Below, piece after piece: positions 19,005-27,860 of a stretch of 64,000 nucleotides of DNA. Numbering within the stretch: position 1 is the stretch's first letter; the number at the start of each line of letters is the position of its first letter. The DNA is from a phage. The stretch lies in the sequence record PZ019086.1; one strand, written 5' to 3'. The position numbers were made by a program, and so were the translations under genes. The notes under the pieces are model-generated. The model made no database searches, was not told where the DNA came from, and worked only from the letters and a program-made list of their open reading frames with translations.

Positions 19005-19532
19005 TTATGCGAGTACCGTCTTTAACCGTTCTTCAAACTTCCGAAGAGTATTTTGGCGTTCAGCTCTTTGCTTTTTGTAAGTTTCAATACGCTCTGAAAT
19101 GAGAGTGTATCGTTCATTTACTGATTCTTTCATAAAATCAGGAATTTCACGAGAAGCTTTAATCTCGTCAAATTTATCAATAACAGCTTGCTCTTCAGCA
19201 ATTAAGTTATCATACATTAAAATATCTTTCTTGATGAACTCAATATCTTCTTGAGTTACACTAGATAATTTAGATGCTTTATCCTTTTTGTACTGTTCGT
19301 TAGTATCACGAGACCAATGTAATGTACGATTTTTATTCGTATTTTTGTAAATTTCTACAATACCGATCTCATCAATAATAACGATCCAATTCCAACGGGA
19401 TTTGTAAATTTGTCCTCCATCAACAGTGATTTCACCTCCGATTGAGATGTCGTTAAAGAACTTGCTTTGCGCTTCAGATTTAAATTTACCATCGTTGTAA
19501 TTTACCAAGTTGAAAATATCTTTAGCGTTCAT
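19005..19532 (-). CDS. Hypothetical protein
   Basis: 175-aa ORF downstream of an early-promoter motif. Confidence 0.55.
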   Translation of the reverse strand: MNAKDIFNLVNYNDGKFKSEAQSKFFNDISIGGEITVDGGQIYKSRWNWIVIIDEIGIVEIYKNTNKNRTLHWSRDTNEQYKKDKASKLSSVTQEDIEFIKKDILMYDNLIAEEQAVIDKFDEIKASREIPDFMKESVNERYTLISERIETYKKQRAERQNTLRKFEERLKTVLA

Positions 19533-19547
19533 TTTCTGTTCCTCCGT

Positions 19548-19600
19548 AGTTGATAGTTGTATAGTACCACAGAGGAACAGTCTTGTAAACCACTAAAAGA
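19548..19600 (-). promoter_or_regulatory. T4-type early promoter
   Basis: Shared motif gttgatagttgtatagtacca...tgtaaac (plus strand) = GTTTACA / TACTAT on the minus strand. Confidence 0.5.
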
Positions 19601-19907
19601 AACTTCTTTCACAATTTTTTCCACTGAACCAGGCGCTCACTGCTTTCTTAGTCTCAGGAGCAGTGTTATCCATAAACCATTCAAAGGCAGCCTTTTTATG
19701 ATTCTGGAGGGCTTCTCGGGCTTTAATCTGCTCACGGTCTATTAACACTAACATATGAGCCTTTCTTGTCACCATGGGCTTCTTATGATTTTTTGAATAC
19801 TCCCAGTCATTTGTCCATCGCATTGTCGTTGCGAACTGAAATACTGCTTCTTTAATTTTAGTTTCGTAAATTTCACGAGCCTTTGAGTATAACATCATTA
19901 CCTCCAT
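19593..19907 (-). CDS. Hypothetical protein
   Basis: 104-aa ORF. Confidence 0.5.
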   Translation of the reverse strand: MEVMMLYSKAREIYETKIKEAVFQFATTMRWTNDWEYSKNHKKPMVTRKAHMLVLIDREQIKAREALQNHKKAAFEWFMDNTAPETKKAVSAWFSGKNCERSFF

Positions 19908-19996
19908 TCACCAGTTTAATTCTAGTCATCTTTTTAATGGCAGTCCATATAATCTATTTCTGAACTGCCTTTTTGTTATAGAAGTCCTCTTATGAA

Positions 19997-20965
19997 TTAT
20001 TTCAGAAGAGTAACCTCAGCAATTTCTTCCCAACCGTTTTTGTCGGTCATAATAAAGTCAGCAAGATAAAGAGCAGTACGCAGTGAAACATTGCGTAAAC
20101 GGTTAACATTAACTTTCATCCATGATAATGCTTTATAAGTTTCTTCATCAGAAAGACCGCGCTTTTGCATCATATCAGTTGAAAGAATAACATCTTCAAC
20201 CCTGACCATAATTTCTTCATTAGTGTGAACACCCAAATCTAAATAAACTGAGCGGGACACTAATGCTTGTAAATGTGGAGCAAGTTTAGTACCACGGTCT
20301 AATTCGCGGTCAATGTCAACGTTTGTGATAAAAACAATCGTTCCTTTAAATTCAAACTCACGGTCAATGCCTTTTTCTTCTAAGTAAGAAGATGCAGTGC
20401 TCCAGCAGACTTTACGGGTCTCTCCAGTGTCCAGAGCAGCTTTTAGAAGATTAAGAATGTCCATATCAGAGAAAACATCCACATCATCAATCAAAAGGAC
20501 AGAATTCTCTTCACGATTATTCCAAAGCTGTTCATAAAGACCAATACCAGAGATTTTACCGTTAATGCTTTTATATTCAATGTATCCATTATCATTTGCT
20601 TTATTTAAAGCTTTATCTAAAGAATACGTTTTACCAATACCTGCTGCGCCAGAGATAATCAATGAACGAATATTTCCATTAATAATACCATTCGTCATCA
20701 TTCCCATAACATTAAATCTTTTATTAATGCGGGTTTTCATATCTTCATATGATTCTTTAACTTCTTCAACTTTTACACCATCATATGAAATATCTGATTT
20801 GTAAACCCAAACACCGCGACGTTTACCGTCAATTTCAACAAAAACTTTACCATCTCCTTGTGCATCTACCGGAGCATTATCTGGGAACCATTCGCCTAAG
20901 AGCTCAAAAGTTCCAGAGATTTCTTTACCGAAGTAGATACCCTTATTGATAGTTACAGTTTTCAT
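19997..20965 (-). CDS. P-loop NTPase (AAA-like ATPase)
   Basis: Walker A GAAGIGKT and Walker B VLLIDDVD; start placed at the ATG preceded by GGAGAATAAA (the listed ORF begins 18 nt upstream at GTG). Confidence 0.6.
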   Translation of the reverse strand: MKTVTINKGIYFGKEISGTFELLGEWFPDNAPVDAQGDGKVFVEIDGKRRGVWVYKSDISYDGVKVEEVKESYEDMKTRINKRFNVMGMMTNGIINGNIRSLIISGAAGIGKTYSLDKALNKANDNGYIEYKSINGKISGIGLYEQLWNNREENSVLLIDDVDVFSDMDILNLLKAALDTGETRKVCWSTASSYLEEKGIDREFEFKGTIVFITNVDIDRELDRGTKLAPHLQALVSRSVYLDLGVHTNEEIMVRVEDVILSTDMMQKRGLSDEETYKALSWMKVNVNRLRNVSLRTALYLADFIMTDKNGWEEIAEVTLLK

Positions 20966-20994
20966 TTTATTCTCCAATTTCACATTTGTTTTGA

Positions 20995-21045
20995 TAGGGT
21001 AATAGTATCACACTACTACCCTACTGTAAACAATTTATTTTAATG
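20995..21045 (-). promoter_or_regulatory. T4-type early promoter
   Basis: ttgatagggtaatagtatcac...tgtaaac motif. Confidence 0.45.
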
Positions 21046-21298
21046 TTCGCCAAATTTTTACTGCTTCGCGACGAGATACTTCTACAGCTCCAAGTTCTAC
21101 GGCTTTTTGGCGGCGGCGCGCGTGTAAGTCATAATGTTTAATGCGTTTATCTTGAAACCAAGAGCGTTTCATTCCTATTGCTTCTGCCATTTCATGAAGC
21201 TCTTCAATATCTCCATCAGTGAACATATGACAATTTTTAGTTGGATGACCGCGAAGTTTCCATCCATGATTCATTAAAACATCTACGTAAACTGTCAT
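21035..21298 (-). CDS. Hypothetical basic protein
   Basis: 87-aa ORF; its ATG overlaps the stop of the upstream small ORF (ATGA). Confidence 0.5.
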   Translation of the reverse strand: MTVYVDVLMNHGWKLRGHPTKNCHMFTDGDIEELHEMAEAIGMKRSWFQDKRIKHYDLHARRRQKAVELGAVEVSRREAVKIWRTLK

Positions 21299-21444
21299 TG
21301 ATTCTGCTCCAAATATGTTTCTATAATTTTCTGAGCGAGATAAACTGCGTTATCTTCAGTTGCATCTTCTAAGAAATTTTCAAAACAAGCTGAAATCTCT
21401 TCTGTGTCAATCAACTTTTTTACTTCAATTAACGTAGTTTTCAT
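21297..21444 (-). CDS. Small acidic ORF (48 aa, below the ORF-track cutoff)
   Basis: Hand translation MKTTLIEVKKLIDTEEISACFENFLEDATEDNAVYLAQKIIETYLEQNQ; coupled to the next gene; lies downstream of a promoter motif. Confidence 0.4.
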
Positions 21445-21464
21445 TTTATTCCCCAAATCCACAT

Positions 21465-21535
21465 CAGTTGATAGTTGTATAGTACCATAAAGCTTTATGC
21501 TTGTAAACCGTTTTGTGAAAAAATTTTGAAATAAA
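21465..21535 (-). promoter_or_regulatory. T4-type early promoter
   Basis: cagttgatagttgtatagtaccat...tgtaaaccgttttgtgaaaaa. Confidence 0.5.
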
Positions 21536-21538
21536 AAA

Positions 21539-21556
21539 GGGAGCCCGAAGGCTCCC
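21539..21556 (-). terminator. Stem-loop with CGAA tetraloop
   Basis: gggagcccgaaggctccc palindrome after the stop of ORF 21559-22569. Confidence 0.4.
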
Positions 21557-21558
21557 TA

Positions 21559-22569
21559 TCATTTATAATAACTTCGATGGTTTTCAAGATAGACCTTCTC
21601 AAGGAAGTCATCCCAGAAACTCATGTCTACTTTTTGCTGCATACCGTTCTTAGAAGCTTCAGTAGATGCTGCTTCTACTTGATCGACCACATCTTCCAAA
21701 AACTCTTGAACAATTTTAAATGGATGTTTACCCAACTTCACGTCGAGAATAAATGGAGCGTCTTGAAGTGGATAGACTAAGTCACCAGTTTTGTAAATTT
21801 CCAATAGTTGAAGTCCACCACGACAAGCATGGCTCAGAGCTTTCCAGTCAATACCTTCGTTGGCTTCGGCCTTACGGGCACGTTCACCATATTCAGCATC
21901 TAATTTGTTCAGTGACTGCTTAAGCTCAATAAGAGAAAGCGTTGTCTGATATTTACGACCCAACACAGTGTAAAACGTTTGTGGACCTGTTTTCTCATGA
22001 TTATGGAACACCCATTCACAGAATTCGTTTTCTGGAAGACGATGCTTAATATCTTCAACTTTAGTACGACGCTGCTTAATGGAACCGTCTTCTTGGTAAT
22101 CAACCCATTGCTCAGGGATTTGATTAACTACTTTCAATACATCGCGTAATGCAGCCAAACGAGAACCCTTGACACCGTATTTAGAAGCTTGCTTGCGGAC
22201 ATATCCTAAATAGGATTTCATGTTAGTCGTATAAAAACGAGAACGATTGTCTTGAATAAACTTCCATACATCAGGCAAATCAGATTTAACCACTAGCTCG
22301 GGTGGAGTGTGGAGCATATCCAATGCTACAGTTTCACCATCTGCTGCTAATTTAAAGAAATACTTAAGACTGTATAGTTCATGGTCAATATCATCTTTAG
22401 TGTTTTTAGATGATGTGTTGTTAGTGTTTTTACTCATATGCTCTTTAACATTTCCGATAAGAATATCGCGAGCAGGAGGAACAAAGATTTCTTTAAAATC
22501 TACATCAGATTCTGGAGTAGAAGTTCCATAAAGATGACTACCAAAATAAGACTTAACTACAGTTTTCAT
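21559..22569 (-). CDS. Putative nucleotidyltransferase-fold protein (minimal Pol-beta-like NTase motif at the N-terminus)
   Basis: 336 aa; N-terminal FGSHLYGTSTPESDVDF fits the GS-x(9-13)-DxD nucleotidyltransferase signature. Confidence 0.35.
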   Translation of the reverse strand: MKTVVKSYFGSHLYGTSTPESDVDFKEIFVPPARDILIGNVKEHMSKNTNNTSSKNTKDDIDHELYSLKYFFKLAADGETVALDMLHTPPELVVKSDLPDVWKFIQDNRSRFYTTNMKSYLGYVRKQASKYGVKGSRLAALRDVLKVVNQIPEQWVDYQEDGSIKQRRTKVEDIKHRLPENEFCEWVFHNHEKTGPQTFYTVLGRKYQTTLSLIELKQSLNKLDAEYGERARKAEANEGIDWKALSHACRGGLQLLEIYKTGDLVYPLQDAPFILDVKLGKHPFKIVQEFLEDVVDQVEAASTEASKNGMQQKVDMSFWDDFLEKVYLENHRSYYK

Positions 22570-23030
22570 TATTTATCCTTATATTCAATAACAGGACATA
22601 CTTTAGCTTTACTCGCTTTTAAAAATTCGACGATAATAGATTTCTTGGGTTGAATAGGAGGTAAACCTTTATACGCCCTATCAATATTTTCTACATGTAA
22701 AGCATAATCCTTTTTCCATTTATAATCTTTATATTTTTCACGCAGTTGTACAGGAATAACAAATGAACCAATAATAAGTAAAACAAGCAAAATGACAAGT
22801 ACAAATGCTGATGGAATAAGAGTCCATAAACTACCAAAAATAAGCCATTTCTGTATGATTTCTGCACAGATGATAGTTAGACCTGCGAGTACAGTACATC
22901 CGAAAAAAGAAACGAAAAATGTAGGGATAACAATAGACCAAAAGTATGCACATAGTGTCTTAGGTCGTTTCCATTCATCATTAAACATTTTGAATAATTT
23001 ATAATGCCAAGAGTTTTCATTAATAATCAT
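22569..23030 (-). CDS. Membrane protein
   Basis: 153 aa; two long hydrophobic segments. Confidence 0.55.
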   Translation of the reverse strand: MIINENSWHYKLFKMFNDEWKRPKTLCAYFWSIVIPTFFVSFFGCTVLAGLTIICAEIIQKWLIFGSLWTLIPSAFVLVILLVLLIIGSFVIPVQLREKYKDYKWKKDYALHVENIDRAYKGLPPIQPKKSIIVEFLKASKAKVCPVIEYKDK

Positions 23031-23032
23031 AA

Positions 23033-23554
23033 TTATCCTTTCATTGAAGGTGTAACAGTTGTTAAATACTTAATCATAGCTTCAGCTTCTGATTTTGATA
23101 ATGAAATTTCTCCATTGTTTTGACGAATAGAAATAAAATCCGGATGACGGTCACCACCAGCTTTTAAAACACACATGTAAGTATCAACTTCGCCTTCAAT
23201 ATTTGAAATGATTGAAGCAGTTCCACATGAATGTGGTTGTTGATAAACTAATACAGCTTTTCTTCCACCGTTTGACTGTTCATAAACTTTTAACACATCA
23301 AACAAATCACTTCTTTTATCAATAGCTAAGATGTTGTTTTCATCTTCAATGTTAAATCCTTCGGATATTTCATAAAGTGTCACCCATAAATCGCCAATAT
23401 CAATGACAGCATTCACCTTTCCATGATTTTCAAGAGCATTACAAATTTTCTTAATTTCATCATAACTCATTTTAATAATATCATCTCCTTGAATAAAGAA
23501 GATGTCATTTTTAAATTCAACGCGAATTAAACCACTTTCACTTGAAATAAACAT
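23033..23554 (-). CDS. Hypothetical protein (paralog of the next ORF)
   Basis: 173 aa; shares GFNIE and C-terminal YLTTVTPSMKG with the neighbour's YLDSVIPTMISK. Confidence 0.55.
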   Translation of the reverse strand: MFISSESGLIRVEFKNDIFFIQGDDIIKMSYDEIKKICNALENHGKVNAVIDIGDLWVTLYEISEGFNIEDENNILAIDKRSDLFDVLKVYEQSNGGRKAVLVYQQPHSCGTASIISNIEGEVDTYMCVLKAGGDRHPDFISIRQNNGEISLSKSEAEAMIKYLTTVTPSMKG

Positions 23555-23560
23555 ATTTCC

Positions 23561-24112
23561 TCACTTTGAAATCATAGTTGGAATGACAGAATCAAGATAA
23601 GTCTTTAATAAAACAGCTTCTTCTTTGTTTAATACAACAACATTAACATCATTTACCGATTGACGAATAGTTAAGACATCTCCCTCTTCATAGCATTTTG
23701 ATACATTTAAAACAGTTTCATAATTTTGATTACAAGCGTTAGTAATAATAGCATTGCAATTTTTAAACCATTTTAAACCATGTTTTCTTTCATTAGAATA
23801 ATAGAAATATTTAATCTTAGCTATAAAATTATCCCAATTATTAATTGATAAGCATATTGACTCGCTTTCAATATTAAATCCTGGGCATAAAGAATAAAAA
23901 TGAATTTTATGCTCATCATTAATGCTTACAATTTTATCAGTGTATGGTTTTTCAATTTGGGTTAAATGAATAATTTCGCTAGGCGTAAAATATAGCATAT
24001 CGTCTTCTTGCGTCAAACGATACATATTATTTACTTTTTCTATAGCCAATTCACCAAAAAGTGAACTAACTTCTAGTACTAATCGTTTCATATTAATCCT
24101 TTTTATTGGCAT
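23561..24112 (-). CDS. Hypothetical protein (paralog of the previous ORF)
   Basis: 183 aa; shared motifs as above. Confidence 0.55.
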   Translation of the reverse strand: MPIKRINMKRLVLEVSSLFGELAIEKVNNMYRLTQEDDMLYFTPSEIIHLTQIEKPYTDKIVSINDEHKIHFYSLCPGFNIESESICLSINNWDNFIAKIKYFYYSNERKHGLKWFKNCNAIITNACNQNYETVLNVSKCYEEGDVLTIRQSVNDVNVVVLNKEEAVLLKTYLDSVIPTMISK

Positions 24113-24371
24113 GAATTTGTTCTAAAATTTTAGAGTATTCCTTTGTATCAGATTTACGTACAATCGATACACTATAAGGCATACTATCGGTGTCTTTTAT
24201 AAAGCGTTCCAAATGACACTCTAACAAAATTTCTGGGTTATAAATCGTGTACATCAAATTACCTGTTGCTCCACGATATTGACAGATTTCTACTGATTGA
24301 GCATCATTCCACAATTTTGTTAAGACTAAATCGCCTACTTCTAATTTAGGAAAGCTCATGTTATTCACCAA
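24093..24371 (-). CDS. Hypothetical protein
   Basis: 92-aa ORF. Confidence 0.45.
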   Translation of the reverse strand: MVNNMSFPKLEVGDLVLTKLWNDAQSVEICQYRGATGNLMYTIYNPEILLECHLERFIKDTDSMPYSVSIVRKSDTKEYSKILEQIHANKKD

Positions 24372-24546
24372 TTAAAGTTTCAATATAAGAATCAAGATTT
24401 ACTTTAGCTTCTTCCATAAGAGTTTTGTATTTAATCTTATTAGCATGTCCGGAGAAAGCTGATTCATCAATAACTGTTGATGCATGAACAGCTTTACTAT
24501 ACATCTCAATTAATTCTCTTAATTTAAAAGCCTGCTCACTTGTCAT
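24361..24546 (-). CDS. Hypothetical small protein
   Basis: 61-aa ORF. Confidence 0.45.
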   Translation of the reverse strand: MTSEQAFKLRELIEMYSKAVHASTVIDESAFSGHANKIKYKTLMEEAKVNLDSYIETLIGE

Positions 24547-24674
24547 TACATGCTCCTTTGAATAATATCAATAATGTTGTTCACCAGATTATAAGTAAAC
24601 ATTGGGTAATTATATTGAATCATCACATACACAACAAACAAAACTTTCATTCTCTTCTCCTTGGCAGTTGGCAA

Positions 24675-24725
24675 GATTACTATATCATAACCTTGCCAAC
24701 TTGTAAACCATTAAATGACGTTTTC
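24675..24725 (-). promoter_or_regulatory. Early promoter with a 13-bp inverted repeat in its spacer / -10 region
   Basis: ggcagttggcaag ... cttgccaacttg flanking attactatatcataac, followed by tgtaaac (plus-strand view). Confidence 0.35.
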
Positions 24726-24873
24726 AATAAAATTCTGGAGTTTTGTGTGAGCATCAACCATGATTTTCATTTCTTCCTTTGCAAAAGCTATGCCTCTTTC
24801 CCTAGAAGAACACTCATAGTCAGAAACTGCATTAGCATATTCTTCAATTAGCTTCATTAAAAACATCTGCTTT

Positions 24874-25068
24874 TCAGTTTTCATTATTCCACCTAATCAT
24901 TTCAAGATATTGAACTAACTTAGCTTTAGATTTATCCAAATCTCTTTTAGCTGCTTCTATACCATCGTATGAGTATCCTTCACAATGCTCAACTGCTAAT
25001 TGGTATGAATCTATTTCAACATCACGTGCTAATTTAATGATTTTTTCAAACTGTTCACGCGTTAGCAT
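24874..25068 (-). CDS. Hypothetical small protein
   Basis: 64-aa ORF. Confidence 0.45.
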   Translation of the reverse strand: MLTREQFEKIIKLARDVEIDSYQLAVEHCEGYSYDGIEAAKRDLDKSKAKLVQYLEMIRWNNEN

Positions 25069-25070
25069 AC

Positions 25071-25310
25071 TTAAACTCTCGTATTATGATCGATAATTTC
25101 ATCAAGAAACATATCTAAAGCTTCTACAGCATTATCAACTTTAGCTTCAAGTTCTTCAGCATCTTTATTTGCAATGCCTGACGAAAACCAAGCAAAGTCA
25201 CTAAGTTCCTCATCTGCTTTGCGAATTAAAGCTACCAATTCTTTAATTTTATCTGCTTGTTCAATGCTAATCATTATTCCACCACATATGAAAGAGAGAA
25301 TATTGCACAC
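25071..25310 (-). CDS. Hypothetical small acidic protein
   Basis: 79-aa ORF. Confidence 0.45.
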   Translation of the reverse strand: MCNILSFICGGIMISIEQADKIKELVALIRKADEELSDFAWFSSGIANKDAEELEAKVDNAVEALDMFLDEIIDHNTRV

Positions 25311-25462
25311 GCCATGTGAGTTGCAGCTTCATCACACATATCATAACGTTTCTTAAGAAGTTCTACAAGTTCTTCACTAGTAACGTCATCCACGTTGACG
25401 AAAAAATCACCATTAATGATGACGTAGATATTTCCTTCTTGATTGAGTGCTTCAATTTTCAT
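25274..25462 (-). CDS. Hypothetical small protein
   Basis: Start set at the internal Met (MKIEALNQ...) preceded by GAGGAGAA; the longer listed ORF would start inside the promoter. Confidence 0.4.
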   Translation of the reverse strand: MKIEALNQEGNIYVIINGDFFVNVDDVTSEELVELLKKRYDMCDEAATHMACAIFSLSYVVE

Positions 25463-25484
25463 GATGTTCTCCTCTTTATCCGAT

Positions 25485-25530
25485 GGTTGTATAGTATCAC
25501 AGCTCAAATGGAAAGTAAACCGGTAAAATG
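25485..25530 (-). promoter_or_regulatory. T4-type early promoter
   Basis: gttgtatagtatcac...agtaaac motif. Confidence 0.45.
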
Positions 25531-25534
25531 AAAA

Positions 25535-25552
25535 AAGTCTCCCGAAGGAGAC
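25535..25552 (-). terminator. Stem-loop with CGAA tetraloop
   Basis: agtctcccgaaggagact. Confidence 0.4.
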
Positions 25553-25557
25553 TAATG

Positions 25558-25944
25558 TTATTCGAGGGAAAGAAGATATTTGCTCTGGTAAAACATCCCA
25601 GTAATATCATCTATCGTGCTTTGAATGGCCGGAGGCATTTCTTTATAAATGCTGTTAGATTGGTCTAGTATGCGATCAATCATTTTAATTGTGTCGGTAG
25701 GAAGTTTACTGGCATCTGGAATAGAAGGCGTGTATTTTCTACCAGAATACCCCAAATATTGCTCACCAAATTTATCAATCAAATCTGGCAACTCAGAGAA
25801 AATAAAATCGTATGCTTTGTGTCTAGCATAACTTTTAGTTTCAAAATGCGCAGAATGAAAATAAGCTTGTGCAGCCATTAATAAACCTAAGTATTCATCT
25901 GCCTTTGAAGGTTTTCCACTTTGTGAAAAGTCGCTGAATTTCAT
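25558..25944 (-). CDS. Hypothetical protein
   Basis: 128-aa ORF, coupled to rI. Confidence 0.5.
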   Translation of the reverse strand: MKFSDFSQSGKPSKADEYLGLLMAAQAYFHSAHFETKSYARHKAYDFIFSELPDLIDKFGEQYLGYSGRKYTPSIPDASKLPTDTIKMIDRILDQSNSIYKEMPPAIQSTIDDITGMFYQSKYLLSLE

Positions 25945-26234
25945 TCAGTCTCCAATTTAATGTTCATAATTCTAGCGTATGATTGTGCCATCTCCGCGCC
26001 TCGCTCTATACATTCAAAATCGGAAGAACACGGGTCATTTTTATAAGTCGTTCGCATAAAACTATAGAACTGTTCAGATGATTCTACGCTTTTATTTTCA
26101 AAAAGCGTATAAACATGTCTAATACCAGATTCCATAAATTTATCAAAATGAGGATCGACATTCGCTTCAATCGGCGGAGATAAAACAAACGCTAATCCTA
26201 GCATGGCGAATAATGCCGCTGCTTTTAAGGCCAT
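25941..26234 (-). CDS. rI: Lysis-inhibition regulator rI (antiholin) with N-terminal signal-anchor
   Basis: 97 aa; MALKAAALFAMLGLAFVLSPPIEANVDPHFDKFMESG... closely matches my recollection of T4 rI; lies next to tk. Confidence 0.8.
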   Translation of the reverse strand: MALKAAALFAMLGLAFVLSPPIEANVDPHFDKFMESGIRHVYTLFENKSVESSEQFYSFMRTTYKNDPCSSDFECIERGAEMAQSYARIMNIKLETE

Positions 26235-26246
26235 AAAGGCCTCCTA

Positions 26247-26459
26247 TCATTTTTGTCCTGTATTTACTTTATGCCGATGCACGGCCTTAACTTTATCAAG
26301 GTATTTTTCAAAATTTCGCAATCTAGTATAGTCTGCCGGAGATTGGTTGAGTGATACTTCTCGACGCAAAGCTGAAATGATATTTCCAACTTCCCTACGA
26401 ATTTCATCTAATTGAAGAACAGTAAGATTGCGAAGTTGCTTTTCAGTTAATTGTAGCAT
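26247..26459 (-). CDS. Hypothetical small protein
   Basis: 70-aa ORF. Confidence 0.45.
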
Positions 26460-26501
26460 ATATACCCCTTTAGTTAGATAAACCTATTTATAACTTTTGC
26501 A

Positions 26502-27083
26502 CTAACCGAGCTTTTTAGTTAATTCATTCCAATGTTTTCTACACAAAGAAACATAAATTTCATCACCAATACAGATTTGATTACCTTCTTTAACTGGTGT
26601 TCCATCTTCCATTAATCGAGCTGTCATAATAGCTTTTTTACCACAATGACAAACTGCTTTTAGTTCAATAAGTTTATCTGCAATCGCCAAAAGTTCTTTA
26701 GAACCTTCAAATAATTTTCCAGCGAAATCAGTCCTTAGCCCATAAGCCATAACAGGAACATTATATGTATCAACAATTCGGCTTAATTGATGCACCTGTT
26801 CAGTTTTTAAAAACTGGGCTTCATCTACAAATACACAATGAATATCTTTTTGTGCTTCAGCCCATTTATAGAACTCAAAAATATCCATATCATCCGTAAT
26901 AATATTCGCTTCCTGCTTAATTCCAATGCGAGAAACGACTTCACAGACAGAATCACGAGTATCAATAGCAGGCTTAAGAACTAATACGCCCATTCCGCGT
27001 TCTTTATAATTATGTGCAGCAGTCAAAAGAGAAGCAGATTTTCCAGCATTCATTGCTGCATAAGTAAAAATTAAACTCGCCAT
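26502..27083 (-). CDS. tk: Thymidine kinase
   Basis: 193 aa; P-loop AAMNAGKS; C-terminal Zn-binding cysteines; typical TK fold motifs. Confidence 0.9.
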   Translation of the reverse strand: MASLIFTYAAMNAGKSASLLTAAHNYKERGMGVLVLKPAIDTRDSVCEVVSRIGIKQEANIITDDMDIFEFYKWAEAQKDIHCVFVDEAQFLKTEQVHQLSRIVDTYNVPVMAYGLRTDFAGKLFEGSKELLAIADKLIELKAVCHCGKKAIMTARLMEDGTPVKEGNQICIGDEIYVSLCRKHWNELTKKLG

Positions 27084-27092
27084 ATCACCTTC

Positions 27093-27278
27093 TTAAAGCG
27101 TATTCACATAAGCTATTAATTCGTTTTCTTTCTTATCAAACCGGTCAGCAAATTCTTCCTGTTGTTCGGGAGATAGCGGGCCATATTCATCATAAAAGGT
27201 GTTTGCTTCTGTATGCTCATCTAGAAGTTCATGGATAAGCTCAAACAATTTATCTTTTTGTTCTTTACTCAGACTCAT
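27093..27278 (-). CDS. Hypothetical small acidic protein
   Basis: 61-aa ORF. Confidence 0.45.
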   Translation of the reverse strand: MSLSKEQKDKLFELIHELLDEHTEANTFYDEYGPLSPEQQEEFADRFDKKENELIAYVNTL

Positions 27279-27444
27279 ATATTAATTTCCAGAAGTTTTA
27301 AAATAATTCGCTTTTGCTTAAATATTTCCATAGTTAAATGATCAGTATCTTTTTGACCAATTCCGATGGCAAAACCTTTATTAACAGCGAGTTCAATTAA
27401 ATTATCAAGCTCGCGTAACACCTCATATTGTAACTCAGAACTAT

Positions 27445-27672
27445 TCATTTTGGTTTACCTTCTTTAACAAAATCGGGATAAGGATAAAATCCTGAATAAA
27501 ATCCTTCACCTTTATGATTAATGCATCCTTTATTAGAGCAATAGCACCAATAATCGAAATCACAAGCCATTTCATCATTGCATAAAGCAAAAACAACTGG
27601 CCATTTACACTTTTCACAATGTGCATTTTTAAGAATGCTAGTTTGGCTCATAACCATGTAACCTTTAAGCAA
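27445..27672 (-). CDS. Cysteine-rich small protein (probable Zn-binding)
   Basis: 75 aa with about 10 Cys (CEKCKWPVVFALCNDEMACDFDYWCYCSNKGC). Confidence 0.45.
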   Translation of the reverse strand: MLKGYMVMSQTSILKNAHCEKCKWPVVFALCNDEMACDFDYWCYCSNKGCINHKGEGFYSGFYPYPDFVKEGKPK

Positions 27673-27860
27673 TATTCTTCTACATGCTGTTTACGACCTT
27701 TCTTATCAATAAAGGTATATTCAACGAATGTTCCAATATAGTCTTTATCTACATCATGTGGACTATTAATTGGGCATTTAGTACGGCAAATGCGTTCCCA
27801 TTGACGAATAATTTCTGCTTTGTTTTTAGGATCAAACGGATGCGGGTAATGTACTTTCAT
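27648..27860 (-). CDS. Hypothetical small protein
   Basis: 70-aa ORF. Confidence 0.45.
   Translation of the reverse strand: MKVHYPHPFDPKNKAEIIRQWERICRTKCPINSPHDVDKDYIGTFVEYTFIDKKGRKQHVEEYCLKVTWL

Noticed and set aside
24540-24851. 103-aa plus-strand ORF in the intergenic gap
   Set aside because: The gap is better explained by a minus-strand promoter plus a small minus-strand ORF; the plus-strand translation is His/Phe-rich low complexity.
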